The notes: generated by a model not told the origin, from the sequence alone. Counted from the whole stretch's first letter, positions 1 through 14,782 are shown. The stretch is 63,837 nucleotides of DNA, filler included, from Reclinomonas americana ATCC 50394 (GCA_048213135.1; 10 parts of 10 records of this genome joined end to end with filler, not necessarily neighbours in it); one strand, 5' to 3'. Program-made: numbers and translations.

Positions 1-31
1 TTTTTTGTATTTTTTTGGTGCGCATGCGCAG

Positions 32-3000
32 GTGGTGATCATTCTCACCTTTACGCGCCTGTTGGCGATTGTGTTGGCCAAAGTTCGACAGCCGAAAGTC
101 ATTGCCGAGGTCATTGGCGGCATTTTGTTAGGTACAGAAAGCCGTTTTCTTCCGAGCTCATTCTCGTTCTTCCTCGCACTCCTCTCGCTTCTCCCTTGTC
201 ACCCTTCTTGCACTCCTCCTCTTGGTCTCTCTCTCTCCTCTCTTCGGTCTCTTCTCCCTCTCCTCTCGTCTTCTCTCTTCACTGCTTCTCGCACTCCTCT
301 CTTCCCATGCTCTTTCTTCATTCTTCTTCCCCCTTCTTGCTGCTTCTCCCTCTCTATTCTTCGTTTCTCGTCGCTTCTCTTCTTGTTCTTGGTGTATCTT
401 CCCTCGCTTCTTCTCTTGTCGCTGCTCACTTCGTCTTCCTCCTCACCTCTCGTTCCTTGCGCACCCTTCCCTCTCCTTCGTGCTCCTTCTCCCTTGCTCT
501 ATTCCTCGCCCTTGCGTCTCCTTATCCTCCCTCCCTCACCCTCACCCTCTCCCTTCCCCCTTCCCCCTCCTCCTCCTCCTCCTTCTCCTTCTCAGGCCCC
601 ACCGCCTTCTCCCACATCACCGCCTTCAAGCAAAACATCTTCCCGGCCAGCAGTCTCGATGTGCTCTCGCTGGTGGCCAACCTCGGCCTCATCTTCTTCC
701 TGTTCCTGATGGGAGTGGAGCTCGACGTGCAGCACCTCAAGAAGAACTTGAAACCGGCACTGACGGTGGCCGTCAGCGGGCTGGTGTTTTGCTGGGTCCT
801 CGGCGCCGCCGTGGCCAAGCTGCTCTACGACTTTATGGACCGCCCACAAGTCGCCTTTACGCCGTTCATTATCTTCGTGGCGGTGGCGCTCTCCATCACC
901 GCCTTCCCGGTGCTGGCGCGCATTCTGACCGACCGCAAGATGATTCAGAGCCCCGTGGGCAGGGTGGTGCTGGCCGCCGCCGCCTTTGGCGATGCTCTCG
1001 AGTGGTGCCTGCTGGTGCTGGTGGTGGCCATTGCCGGCAACTCGGGCAACTATCTGCTGGTGTTGTGGGGTGCGTGGGGGAGATAGAAGGGGAAAGGAAG
1101 AGGGAAGAGGGAATTAGAGAGAAATTGGGCAGAGAAAGAGGACATGTAGAGAGTCAAGACATCGTGATGGAACATGGTGCCGAGCGGATTCCACGATTTG
1201 TGTCGTACAGCTAGAGTTCCACTTTTATGTCACACCCTCTCGATCACTCTCCCTTCCTCTCACCCATTGTTCTTGCTTCGTCTCTTCCTTCTCTCTCTCT
1301 CTCTCTCTCGCTCTCTCTCCCTGTGCCCCTTTCCAACGCTCCGCCTTTCTCCCCATCACCTGTAGGGTACTTTTCCCCATCTCTCTCCCTCTCACTCTCT
1401 CACCCCCACCTTTCTCTCCCTCATTCCCACCGTCTCTTTTCTTCCTCTCCCCCATCTCACCCTCTCATCGTTTTCTTATTCTCCCTCACCAGTTTCTCCT
1501 TTTAAAGTCCTCCTTCTTCGTCTCCTCCTCCTTCTTCCCATTCTCACCTCTTTTCTCCCGTTCTCCATCTTCTACACCTCCTCTCTCACACTCCAAGATC
1601 CACCTTTTCCCCTTCATCTTTCAGCCACCTTTCCCTTCTCTTCCCTCTCCTCTATCCACCTCTTTTCCTCTCCCTCCCCCTCGCCCCCCTCCCTCCTTTC
1701 TGTTTTCTCCCTCTTCTCTCTTCTTTTTTCTTCGCCTCGCCGCCCTTTCCCCTTTCACCCTTTCCCCTCTTGCCCCCTTCCCTTTTCCCCTCTCTCACCC
1801 CCTCCCTTTCTGTCTCTGCAGTGCTGCTGGCCACCATCGGCTGGGCCATGTTCCTCATCTTCTTGGTGAAGCCGCTCCTGATCAAGTTCCACAACTGGGT
1901 GCGCACGCCGTCGGACAGCGCGCCGCCGCTGATGGTGTTCACCATCCTGCTGCTCGTGTGCATCTCCTCTTTCTTCACCCAGGCCATTGGTGTGCACGCC
2001 ATTTTTGGTGCCTTCCTCGTCGGTGTCATTACGCCGCACGAGCATGGCTTCTCCATCAAGCTCACGGAGAAGATTGAGGATTTCGTCACCATTGTGTTCT
2101 TGCCGCTGGTTTGTTTTCACATGATTATCATCCTCATCATGAGCCTCAGTGCCTCATATCCTTTCCCTCATTCCGTAGTACTTTGTGTCATCCGGCCTGA
2201 AGACCCGCTTTGACGAACTGGACAGTGGCGCGGCGTGGGGCATGGCCATCTTGATTGTACTCCTCTCGTGTGCCGGCAAGATTGTGGGTTGCGGCATGGC
2301 CAGCAAATTCCTCGGTCTGAAGTGGCGTGAGGCGTGGGTGGTCGGCTTTTTGATGAACACTCGTGGGTGCGTTGCAGGGAGAGAGCGGGAGGGGAAAAAA
2401 GTAGCAGCGCCACTCTCTCCTTGGTCTTCTCTTCTGGGGGGCTTCGCTTCTCCCGGCCAACTCTTCACGCCCTGTCACTCATCCTTCCCCCTCCTTCTCT
2501 TTGCGCACAGTCTGGTCGACATTATCGTCCTCAACGTGGGTCTGTCAACCGGCGTCATTGACGATCGCATGTTCACCGTGCTGCTCCTCAAGTCGCTGGT
2601 GACCACGCTCATGACGACTCCGATTGTGGCTTGGCTCTACCCGATGAAGTACTACATCAACGCCGTTCCAGTCGTGACGTCGGCCAGTCTGTCGGACACT
2701 GCCGACGGTGCAGATGTCAAGCATGCCGACACGGGATCGCACGTGACTCCGGGTGGTCCGGTGAAGGGCCGCGTGCGCGGACGCTCGCTCATGTCTCCTC
2801 AGGCTCCGCTCAGTAGCGACACGGAGGAGCCGGTGGCGGCTCCGAGTGGCGGTCGTCGTCGCGGCAACTCTCTGCGCGGCACCGACTTGCCGGTGCTGGT
2901 TCCCGAACTGGCCGGCCTCAGTGCGCACGGCGCCAGCCAGACGGCGGCAGCGGCAGCTGCGCCGACGGCGCGTGTGCTTGTTTGCCTGCCAGATGGTGAG

Positions 3001-4231
3001 GTGCTGCCGTCCATGCTGTCGGTGTTGCAGCTGTTGCAGGAGAGCGACCGCAGTGGCGCCTCTGGTCACGCGACCATCAAGGTGCACGCGCTGCGTTTGG
3101 TGGCACTCTCCGACCGTGTCTCGTCGCTCTTCATGGCCGAGAATCCGCAAGCGGTGCTGGAGAACGACTCGGTGGCGCGCCTATTCTGTGTGTTTGGTGG
3201 CCTCCTCGGCGTGCGCGTCGTGCCGCACATTGCGTTGTCGCAGCTGCAGGATTTCGGTCCGAATGTCACCTCGCTGGCGCGCGAGATCAACTCCGACATT
3301 GTGCTCATTCCGTGGGCGGCGCGCAACGGTGCCGCCGATGCCGCCGCTGTGGCGCAGTCGCTCTCCGACGTGCTCATGACGTCGCCGTGCTCCACTGCCT
3401 TCCTCTACGGTTTGTTTGTTTGTGGAAGAGGGGAGGGGCACAGAACTTTCCTTTGTTCACAGTCATTTATATTCTTTTCCTTCAACTGCAGATCGTGGCT
3501 TCGGCGAGGCGCGTCACATGAAGTGGGGTGGCCTGCTGCGCACCTCCTCCTCGCACGGCGACCTGGAGATGCTGGGCATGCAAGACGTCGGCACGCAGAT
3601 TTTCTTGCCGTTTGTCGGCGGCAACGACGACCGCGAGGCTGTGCGAGTGGCGCGCCTGCTGGCTGGAGCCCCGGACGTGCACGTCAAGATTCTGCGCTTC
3701 CACCGCACCGCAAGACAGCGCTCCATCAGTGGCGCCAGCGATGTGGCCACGAGCTTGGCCGACGTGCGTGTGGCGGTGGAGGCCGCCCACAAGCACGCAC
3801 ATGGCGGCGAGACCACTGTAGAGGTGAGCGAGCCGGCGGCGGTCATGGAGCGGGCGGACGACACCAAAACGGACGATGCCGCAGTCGACGGTGCGAGCGA
3901 CTCGTCGTCCGAGTCCGAGCCCAGCTCACCGTCGCTGCCCGGAAGCCCCGCCAGCACTGAGCACGGCGACACGCAGTGGCTCTCGTGCATTGTCAGCCAG
4001 CGCAATGTGACGGTCGAGCACATTTTCTCGCTGCAGCACCCCGAGGTGGAGCTGGCGGTGCGCGTACGCGACTTGCACCGCTCCGACCTGGTGATTATCG
4101 GCCGCTCCACCGCCCTCAGCATGCACGATCCTACGCGATTCCAGTCGTGGATCGAGGGCGACACGTGCCCACCGTCAGTCTGCGTGGTGCGACACGGCGC
4201 CGGCGCAGCGCAGGTGGTCCCCGCGGAATGA
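32..4231 (+). CDS. CPA2-family cation/H+ antiporter (KHA1/CHX-like), copy 1; 5' exons lie outside the window
   Basis: Spliced GT-AG exons give RQPKVIAEVIGGILLG|PTA, SITAFPVLARIL, GVHAIFGAFLVG, FLPL|YFVSSGLKT, FLMNTRG|LVDIIVLNVG and a C-terminal USP-like tail (FLPFVGGNDDREA). Stop at 4229-4231. Confidence 0.93.
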
Positions 4232-4924
4232 GACTTGGTGTACTAATACAGAATTCGGTTGTTTTGATAAGAAAGAGAGAGGAGACAGCAGAAAGAGTGA
4301 GGATATGCACCTTTGTGTGCACCAGCAGATTCTTCTCGATTGACGCCCTTCCACCAGATTGCATTGAGAAACGCCTTTTCTCCTTTGATTGGCCTTATGT
4401 AGGGCTCACTGTAGGTGCGCAAAATCACCCAGGCGTGCGCGTGTTGCTCGCGCAGACTGGCCTCCTCACGCGCGCACCCATTCCGCACTCACTCGCGCAC
4501 GCACCCACCTCCGCACCCAATAAGTTATTGTTGCTCTCTCTCTCTCTCTCCGCGTCCTCCCTTCCATCCCCCCGCGTGGCGCAACACATTGGTAAGGCAG
4601 TTCTGCGCACACTCGTCTTCTCTGTCTCGCTGCGTGTTCCCTCTCTGGCGGGGATAAAACCCCCGATGCAAACACGCGCGCGTGTGTGTGTGTCTGTGTG
4701 TCTGCGCGCGCGCGCACAAGAACACGCGAACATTCATTGCACTCTGTCACTCTCAAACGCATGCGCGCGCATTCTTTGTTTCGCGACTCTTGACTTGAGC
4801 GCGCATCATGCATATTCTCTCTCTCTCTCTTTCTCGCGGGATGCTGAGACTGCTCTCTCATGATCATGCACACACAAGCAGCGACATTTGGTTTCTCCGC
4901 GTGAGTGTGCGTTGACTAGTCAAC

Positions 4925-7900
4925 ATGGGCAGTGAGAGTTGCGTTTTTTTTTTTTTGTTTTCCAGTGTGTTGAGTCTCACCAGCCACTCATCGCCCTTTT
5001 CACTCATTGGTTGCAGCGGAGAGCATTTTCTCCGGAGCGAACCGTTTCGCATTGATTTGGTCGCCTTGTTGATGCATTTGGAATCTCTGACTGACTTCAC
5101 TTCTCTTCTCTCTCTCTCTCTCTAACACACACACACACACGCAGCGCTGCACACGACTCTTGGCTTGTTCCTCGTGCAGGTAAGCCGCTGGTGTGCTGTG
5201 TGCTTCGTATTCTGGCGGTATTCGCAACTTGTGTTGCTCTCTCGCAGGTGTCCATCATTCTCATCTTCACGCGCTTCCTGGCCATTGTGCTGGCCAAGGT
5301 CCGACAGCCAAAAGTCATCGCCGAAGTCATTGGCGGTATTTTGCTTGGTGCGTCCCGTATGTCCTCCCTCCCCCTGCTTCCTCTCCTCATGCCTGGCCTC
5401 TCGTTCTGTCTGTCCCTCTCCCTTTGTGCAGGCCCCACCGCCCTCTCCCACATTACGGCCTTCAAGGAGAACATCTTCCCCGAAAGCAGCCTCAATGTGC
5501 TCACACTGGTGGCCAACCTCGGTCTTCTGTACTTTATGTTTATGGTCGGCATGGAGCTGGATGTCGCTCATCTCAAGAAGAATCTCAAGCCGGCAATTGT
5601 CGTGTCAATGAGCGGCATGGTGTTGTGCTGGATTTTGGCGCTCGCCATCTCCAAGCTCCTCTACGACTTCATGGACAGACCGTCGGTCTCGTTTTTGTCG
5701 TTTGTCATTTTCGTGGCCACTGCGTTATCCGTCACCGCCTTGCCGATTCTGGCACGCATCATCACCGAACGCAAGCTGGGTCAGAGCCCTGTCGGTCGCG
5801 CGACACTGCCTGCCGCTGCGTTCGCCGATGCTGGTGCCTGGGCGCTCCTCGTGCTCGTGGTGGCCATTGCGGGCAACTCGGGTGGCTCGCTGCTGGTGGT
5901 CTGGGGTGAGTTTTATTTGCATGATCAGCTGTATTTCTTTTTTCCCCTGCGTTTCATTCCTCCTTTGACCTCGTATGCGGCTTTATTTGTGTGCCTCTCG
6001 GCCTCCCTCACTTGCTCTACTCGTCTCCTCCCCCTACGTGGTGCTTGTACTGATTCGCTCACCTCTCTTCGTCGCCCTACTTTTGTCTTTGTCACTTGTC
6101 TCTGTCTCTCTCTCTCTCACCCATTCCCTGTATCTTGCAGTGCTCCTGGCCATCACCGGCTGGGCCACGTTCCTCATCTTGCTGGTCAAGCCTCTGTTGT
6201 TCAAGTTCCACAATTGGGTACGCACACCGTCGGACAGCGCCCCGCCTCTGATGGTGTTCGCCATTCTGCTGCTGGTGTGCATTTCCTCGTTCCTCACGGA
6301 AGCCATTGGCGTGCACGCCATTTTCGGCGCCTTCTTGGTCGGCATCATCACACCGCACGGTCACGGATTCTCCATCAAGCTCACGGAGAAGATTGAGGAT
6401 TTCGTCACCATTGTGTTCTTGCCGCTGGTTTGTTGACCGCACCCGACACAATCAATGCACACATTCCTTGCACTCATTCCCCTTCCTTCCTTGTGCAGTA
6501 CTTTGTGTCATCCGGCTTGAAGACTCGCTTCGACCAGCTGGACTCGGGCACCGCCTGGGGCCTGGCCATTCTGGTGGTGGTCATCTCCTGCTTGGGGAAG
6601 ATTGTCGGCTCTGCTGTTGCCTGCCGCTGGCTGGGTTTGAAGTGGCGCGAGTCGTGGATGGTCGGCTTCTTGATGAACACCCGTGGGTTCGTTGCAGAGA
6701 GAGAGGAGGGAAGAAGAGAGAATGACGGCGCTTTGATTGGTATTTTCCATTGAGATTCATCCGTTATTTTCTTGCGTCGCCACCTGTTCGCACTAACCTT
6801 CGCTGTTCTCCTTCGTTCCTCTCGTTGTGCCACGCTATTGTTATCTCCCCATGGTGCATCCTTCTTTTCTCGTCTCTTCCACCTGCTCTCTGTTCTTGGA
6901 ACAGTTGCCTGTCGCACTCCTCGCCCTCTCACTCACCCTTCCTCTTTCTCTACACGCAGCCTGGTCGACATCATCGTCCTCAACGTGGGTCTGTCAACCG
7001 GCGTCATTGACGATCGCATGTTCACCGTGCTGCTGCTCAAGTCGCTGGTGACGACGCTCATGACGACACCGATCGTCGTCTGGCTCTACCCCTTGAAGTA
7101 CTACATCAACGCCGTGCCGGTGGCGCCTGCTGCCAGCCTACCCGAGATGGCTGACGGTACTGAGTCCAAGCTTGGCGACACAGGGGCGCACGTGACGCCA
7201 GGTGGACCGGCGAAGGGTCGCACGCGCGGTCGCTCGCTGATGTCCCCCGAAGCTCCGCTGAGCACCGACACGGACACATCGCCGGCGGCTTCTAGTGGTC
7301 ACTTTGGTCGTCGTCGCGGCAACTCACTGCGCGGTACCGATTTGCCGGTGCTCCCACCGGAGCTGGCCGGCCTCAGTGCCCACGGTCACTCGGCGGCGGC
7401 GATGGCATCCGGGCCATCGGCTCGTGTGCTGATTTGCCTGCCGGACAGCGAGGTGCTGCCGTCCATGTTGGCTTTGCTGCACATGTTGCACGAAAGCGAC
7501 CTTGACCGCAGCCGCGGTTCGGACCACTCGACCATCAAGGTGCACGCGCTGCGCCTGGTGACCATGTCCGATCGTGTCTCGTCGCTCTTCATGGCCGAGA
7601 ACCCGGAGGCGGTGCTGGCAGACGACTCGGTGGCTCGCGTGTTTTGCGTGTTCGGCGGCTTGCTTGGCATGTCAGTCGTGCCGCATATTGCGCTGTCGCC
7701 GCTGCAGGATTTCGGACCGAATGTCACCTCGCTGGCCCGCGAGATCAACTCCGACATTGTGCTCATCCCGTGGGCGGCACGCAACGGTGCCGCCGATGCG
7801 GTCGCTGTGGCGCAGTCGCTCTCCGACGTGCTCATGACGTCGCCGTGCTCCACTGCCTTCCTCTACGGTATGTTTGTTTGCGAAGAGGGGAGAGCGATGA

Positions 7901-7960
7901 AGTTCCTTTCCTCACAACCATCTCTTTCTCTTTCTGATTCTCTTCGTGTCCACGCTCTCC

Positions 7961-7998
<38 letters not shown>

Positions 7999-8803
7999 CT
8001 CTGACTTCTTTCACAACCACGGTGTTCTCACGAATTGCTCCCCCACCCTCACCACAGACCGCGGGTTTGGTGAGGCCCGCCACATGAAGTCGAGCCCGAG
8101 CGGCCTCGTTCGTACCTCGTCAACCAATGATGTGGAAATGATGAACATGCGCGACGCTGGCATTCAGATTTTCTTGCCTTTTGTCGGCGGCAGCGATGAC
8201 CGCGAGGCGGTGCGAGTGGCGCGCCTGTTGGCAGGTGGTGCCGATGTTCACGTCAAGATTCTGCGCTTCCACCGCACCGCAAGACAGCGCTCCATCAGCG
8301 GCGCCAGCGACGTGGCCACGAGCTTGGCTGACGTGCGTCTGGCGGTGGAGGCCGCCCACAAGCATGCACATGGCGGCGAGACCACTGTGGAGGTGGTTGA
8401 TGGGACGCCTGTCGCACAGAGGGCGGCCGACGCCAACCCCGGCACTGACGATGCAGTGGTCGATGGCGAAGTCGCCTCGTCGTCCGAGTCCGAGCCCAGC
8501 TCGCCGTCGCTGCCTGGGAGCCCCGCCGGCAGCGAGCAGGGTGACACACAGTGGCTCTCGTGCATTGTCAATCAGCGCAATGTGACGGTGGAGCACATTT
8601 TCTCGCTGCAGCACCCCGAGGTGGAGCTGGCGGTGCGCGTGCGCGATCTGCACCGCTCCGACCTGGTGGTCATTGGCCGCTCCACCGCCCTCAGCATGCA
8701 CGATCCCACGCGATTCCAGTCGTGGATCGAGGGCGAATGCCCACCGTCAGTCTGCGTGGTGCGACACGGCGCCGGTACGGCGCAGTTGGTCCTCGCCGAG
8801 TGA
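4925..8803 (+). CDS. CPA2-family cation/H+ antiporter, copy 2 (complete)
   Basis: ATG at 4925. Short first exons 4925-4937, 5017-5043 and 5145-5179 give MGSETESIFSGANPLHTTLGLFLVQ. Later exons and intron positions match copy 1. Confidence 0.93.
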
Positions 8804-9515
8804 CGAGCTTTTTGACAATCGAGTACAATATGTTGTTTTGTTGTTGAGTAAGGAAACGCATATTAGCTATGTACACGAAAACTGTAGTCGGGCGCGTGTA
8901 CCCAAGATAGATCGTCAATCGCGTGCACACCACTTTCGCGCACGTCAGCACACGCAGACGGTGGTGCGCACAACGCAGCATTCGAACTTGTGGGGCGGAC
9001 TTGTGTAAGGTGCGCCTGCGAGAGCCAGAGAGAGTGCCTGAGCGCAGCACGATGATTCTCAGCACCGCGCACTCTGAGTACCAGTGCCTACTGTGTCCGT
9101 TCTCTTGCGTGTGTGTGTGTACGCGCGCACTTCCCCACACATACGCGCACAAGCGCTGCTGTTTTTCTGCTTGCGAGTTGTCTCGGATCCGGACATACTA
9201 CTTCCTCGTGTGTGTGTGTTCTCTGTGGCGTCGCCCCCACCACCACTTTCCGCATGACTTCACACACTTTGTTCCTTCTTCGTGCTCTCCTCGCCTTCGC
9301 AACAGCGCACGTCGTCTCGATGTTGATCGCTCTGCTCTCGATTGATATCGAAGTGTGGCAGATCTAGAAACGGTCACACACAGGCGAGAGCACGCGCGCA
9401 TGCACGCACTCGCATCATACACACCCGCATCCATGCCGCTCTTTCCACAGACCTCATCGCGTCTGTGCACAGTGTCTTCTCGCAAGCGACGAGCAGGTGC
9501 CCAACGCGATCGAAC

Positions 9516-10089
9516 ATGGGCGACAGTTGCGACAGCTGATGCAGTGGCTAATTTTCTGAAAGGCGACACTGTTTTCTCACGTCTTCTTCTTTTCTCTCTC
9601 TCACCTCGCAGCGGAAAGCATCTTCTCGGGCGCGAATCGTTTCGCATTCATTGATCTTTTGTCGGACACGCATTGGACATCGATTCTCATGTGCCTCACC
9701 TTTGCTGTCTTTCGCTTTCTCTGCACACAGCCCTGCACACGACACTCGGTCTGTTCCTCGTGCAGGTACGCCATCGCTGCGCACCATGCCGTGGCACACA
9801 GACAGTGTTCTCAAAAATTGTCTCTGTTCGCCGGATTTCATGCAGGTGGTCGTCATTCTCACTTTCACCCGCCTACTTGCTGCGGTGTTGGCCAAGGTCC
9901 GGCAGCCGAAAGTCATCGCTGAGGTCATAGGCGGCATTCTATTAGGTACGTGCATGCATCACTCTGCGGTGACAACGTTAACGTCGTCGACGACGTCGCG
10001 ATCGGTCGTTTGTATAGCTATCCATCGCACTCTCCGTCACTCTGCTTTCATCCGAGTATCCGCCCCTCTTCTCTCTCTCTCTCTCTCTT

Positions 10090-10185
<96 letters not shown>

Positions 10186-10840
10186 NNNNNNNNNNNNNNN
10201 NNNNNNNNNNNNNNNNNNNNNNNNNNNNNNNNNNNNNNNNNNNNNNNNNNNNNNNNNNNNNNNNNNNNNNNNNNNNNNNNNNNNNNNNNNNNNNNNNNNN
10301 NNNNNNNNNNNNNNNNNNNNNNNNNNNNNNNNNNNNNNNNNNNNNNNNNNNNNNNNNNNNNNNNNNNNNNNNNNNNNNNNNNNNNNNNNNNNNNNNNNNN
10401 NNNNNNNNNNNNNNNNNNNNNNNNNNNNNNNNNNNNNNNNNNNNNNNNNNNNNNNNNNNNNNNNNNNNNNNNNNNNNNNNNNNNNNNNNNNNNNNNNNNN
10501 NNNNNNNNNNNNNNNNNNNNNNNNNNNNNNNNNNNNNNNNNNNNNNNNNNNNNNNNNNNNNNNNNNNNNNNNNNNNNNNNNNNNNNNNNNNNNNNNNNNN
10601 NNNNNNNNNNNNNNNNNNNNNNNNNNNNNNNNNNNNNNNNNNNNNNNNNNNNNNNNNNNNNNNNNNNNNNNNNNNNNNNNNNNNNNNNNNNNNNNNNNNN
10701 NNNNNNNNNNNNNNNNNNNNNNNNNNNNNNNNNNNNNNNACCGGTCGGTACGTCGGTCGGTTTCGTTACGTTAGTACGTACTACCTACTACCGTCCTACC
10801 TCCTCCGTCCTCTCTCTCTTCTCTCCGTACGTACTCCGTC

Positions 10841-10902
<62 letters not shown>

Positions 10903-13900
10903 CCTCCCTCCCCGTGTCTCACTGTGTCCCATGTCCGTTCGCCTCTCTCTCACCCCGCCTCCCACCTTGCTGACGATCGGATGCAGGCCCCACCGCCCTT
11001 TCACACATCTCGGCATTCAAGGAGACCATCTTCCCCGAGAGCAGCCTCAATGTGCTCACGCTGGTGGCCAACCTCGCCCTGCTATTCTTCTTGTACCTCG
11101 TGGGACTCGAGATGGATTTGCCGTACCTCAAGAAGAACTTGCGCTCGGCCATTATCGTTTCCATGTCGGGCATCGTTCTCTGCGGAGTCCTCGGTGTCGC
11201 CGTGGCCAAGCTGCTGTACGATTTCATGGATCGACCCTCAGTCGGCTTTGTGCCGTTTCTGATCTTTGTGGCGGTGGCGCTTTCCATCACGGCCTTCCCT
11301 GTGCTGGCACGCATTCTCACTGATCGCAAGATGGTGCAATGCTCGGTCGGCCGTGCCACTCTCTCGGCTGCCGCCTTTGGCGATGCTGCTGCGTGGTGTT
11401 TGTTGGTGCTGGTGGTGGCCATTGCCGGCAACACTGGCGACTATCTGCTGGTGTTGTGGGGTGCGTCTGTGCTCCTTCATCTGGTATCCGTTTCTCGTTC
11501 CCTCACCTTTCCATAGTGCTGCTGGCCGTCATTGGATGGGCGCTCTTTCTGTTCATGCTTGTGAAGCCCGTGCTGGTCAAGTTCCACAACTGGGTGCGCA
11601 CACCGTCGGATAGCGCCCCTCCGCTGATGGTGTTTGCCATCTTGCTGCTGGTGTGCATCTCCTCCTTTGTCACGCAAGCCATCGGCGTGCACGCCATCTT
11701 CGGTGCCTTTCTGGTCGGCATCATCACGCCACACGAGCACGGCTTCTCCATCAAGCTGACGGAGAAGATTGAGGATTTTGTCACCATTTTGTTCTTGCCG
11801 CTGGTTTGTTTTACACGCCGATCATCATCATCACGAGGTGTGGTACCTCACCGCTCTTCTCCTCGATTGCAGTACTTTGTGTCATCCGGCCTGAAGACCC
11901 GCTTCGACCAGCTGAACTCGGGCACTGCGTGGGGCCTGGCCATCTTGCTGGTGGTTCTCTCGTGCATTGGCAAGATTGTGGGGTGTGGATTGAGCAGTCG
12001 TTGGCTCGGGCTGAAGTGGCGCGAGGCGTGGGTGGTCGGCTTTCTGATGAACACTCGTGGGTTCGTCGAACAAAGAGATGGAGAGAGGAAGGAAGAGGAG
12101 TTGCCCGCTCTCTTTGGTGTTCTTTTCTTTGCCGCTCTTCCACTCTTTCGCCGTGTTCCTTCCTTGCCTGTCGCGCTCTCCACGCCCTGTCACTCACCCT
12201 CTCCCTCCTCCTTCGTGCGCACAGTCTGGTCGACATTATCGTCCTCAACGTCGGTCTGTCAACCGGCGTCATTGACGATCGCATGTTCACCGTGCTGCTG
12301 CTCAAGTCGTTGGTGACCACGCTAATGACGACGCCGATTGTGGCTTGGATCTACCCGATGAAGTACTACATCAATGCCGTGCCAGGCGCCGTATCAGTGG
12401 AGGCTGGGGAGCTCACTGATCGCGAAACGGTGGCCAGCAAACTCGGCGAAGCCGGATCAGCGCCCCACGGATCGACCGTATTGGGCTCTGTGGAGAGTGC
12501 GTCGCCCAAGAGTCTTGCGCGTGGACGCTCCCTGATGGCCCCGCAAGTGCCGCTAAGCACCGATGCCAGCTCAGCTCTGGAGTGTGGCGTGTACATGGAT
12601 CGCCGCCGTGGCAACTCGCTGCGCGGCACCGACATGATATCCGTTGTGCCCGAGCTGGGCAGCTCCGCCCTGTCGCCGGCAGTACGCCTGCTGGTTTGCC
12701 TGCCCGACATGGAGGTGCTGCCGTCGATGCTCGCCGTGCTCCACATGATCCAGAGCAGCAGCCGCGCACGTGAGCTGGGCCCTCGCGCCATCTCCGTGCA
12801 CTCCCTGCGCCTGGTGACACTCTCCGACCGTGTGTCGTCCATGTTCATGGCGGAGAACCCGCAACTCGTACTGGCCACGGATCCAGTGGCGCGCATCTAC
12901 CGCATTTTTGGTCGACTGCTCGGCGTTCGTGTCACGCAACATATCGCCATGTCGCAGCTAGAGGACTTCGGGCCGAATGTCACCTCGGTGGCGCGTGATA
13001 TCAACTCGGATATTGTGCTGGTTCCGTGGGCGGCCGGCAAGGATTCGGTGCCCGTGTCCTCGGTGGCGCAGTCCATGTCCGATGTGCTGATGACCTCCCC
13101 ATGCTCCACTGCCTTTCTCTACGGTTTGCATCGCATGTCATTGTCTCCTGTCGTCACGCCCCTGCTAATGATTTCGTGACAGATCGCGGTTTCGGCGAGG
13201 CGCGTGACTTGAGTGCAGGTGGTCTGCCCTACGTTCCGTCCACCGGTGACGTGGAGCTGCTGGGTCTACGAGATGCCGCCACACAGGTGTTTTTGCCGTT
13301 CCGTGGCGGCGCTGACGACCGTGAGGCTGTGCGCTTTGCTCGTCTGTTGGTGGGTGCACCGGAGGTGCACGTCAAGATTCTGCGCTTCCACCGCGTCGTT
13401 CCTCGCTCACAATCAAGTGGCGCGGTGGTGAATGTGGATCTGGAGGACCTACCGCAGGTAGTGGTGGTGGTGGAAGAGGCGTCGCCAGCTGGTGCCGGGG
13501 TCGGCGGTGACGAGCTTGGCGAGTATCGCGAGACCACGGTGGAAGTGGAGAGCTGTGCAGGTGTGTCGCCAGTGGCCGCCCGCTCGGCCTCCTCATTAGT
13601 TGACGGCGTCGATGGCGACGAATCGTCGTCGGCGACCAGCGGCTCAGTACTGGAGAGCGCGATCGGCGACGAGGAGGACACACGGTGGCTCTCCAGCATC
13701 ACGCAGCTGCCGAACGTCACCGTCGAAAACGTGTACACCAATCAGCATCCGGAGCAGGAGCTCGCGGCCAGAGCCCGGGACCTTCACCAGTCGGATCTCG
13801 TGGTCATTGGTCGCACGATGGCACTGGCCGCCGACGGATCCAATCGCTTGCAGTCGTGGATCGAGGGCGATTGCCCTCCATCCGTGTGTGTCGTCCGTCA

Positions 13901-13943
13901 CGGCGCCGGTTCGGCACAGATGCAACTAGTTCTCGCCGAGTAG
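9516..13943 (+). CDS. CPA2-family cation/H+ antiporter, copy 3 (one intron contains an N gap)
   Basis: MGDTESIFSGANPLHTTLGLFLVQ start, same exon structure and same CPA2 motifs as copies 1 and 2. Confidence 0.92.
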
Positions 13944-14437
13944 TAGTGACCACAACTCCAGCCTAATAATCAAGTATAACGTGAGTTTTGTTTTGGCTTT
14001 TGACGACCGAATCGAGAAACGCATCTCGCTATGTAGTTCCCGGCTGTAGAGTGTTGGTGCGCCACAGATCGTCAGCGCGCACTCTCACACACCCTGCGCA
14101 CACCGCCAGCGAGGCGCAGCTGTAGTCGAACAGTGGCGTTGCCTGTGTAAAGGTGTGACAATACAGAGAGTCGCACAAGCGGAGAGGGAGGGAGAGGGTA
14201 TTTGAATCTCTTTTTTTTCGTGCACTCGATGCCAACAGCAGCAGCTGTGTGTTGTTTGTGGTGCTGTGCGACTCTGAGCGTGCTCGCGCACTTCTCTCAA
14301 AACGGCCTTACTGTACACACTGAGAGAGTGCGAGAGAAGACTGTAACTTGTCTCATGATCAGACATACTACTTTCACTCTTGTCGCCTTTCTCTCTCCCT
14401 GAACATGTGTCCTTGTGCATACTGTTCTCTCTCTCTC

Positions 14438-14537
14438 NNNNNNNNNNNNNNNNNNNNNNNNNNNNNNNNNNNNNNNNNNNNTTAATTAATTAANNNNNNN
14501 NNNNNNNNNNNNNNNNNNNNNNNNNNNNNNNNNNNNN
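14438..14537. other. Artificial contig linker N-TTAATTAATTAA-N (recurs at ~24579, 31282, 32526, 45756, 49757, 54665, 57973 and 60048)
   Basis: Identical all-frame-stop spacer flanked by uniform N runs. Confidence 0.97.
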
Positions 14538-14782
14538 ACGTACGACGTACGTACGTACGTACGTTACGTACGTACGTACGTACCGTACGTACGTCGTACG
14601 TACGTACGTACGTACGTACGTACGTAGTCGGGTACGCGGAGGAGGAGGAGGAGGACGAGTAGCCCTATCTTCGGGAGATCTGGCCGTGGTCTTCTCTTTA
14701 TTGGCACTGCCTATCACGCTCCCTCCGCTCTTTCTGTCACACCCTGTCACTCATCCTCTCCGTCCTCCTTCATTACAAACAG

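Noticed and set aside
14482..14493. Repeated TTAATTAATTAA motif as a possible TTAA transposon target site
   Set aside because: It is always embedded in uniform N runs, so it is an artificial scaffold linker.
14538..14640. (TACG)n palindromic repeat; similar tracts at ~10740-10820 and ~38901-38925
   Set aside because: It occurs only at contig ends beside gaps and matches the TACG flow order of pyrosequencing, so it is most likely read-end noise.
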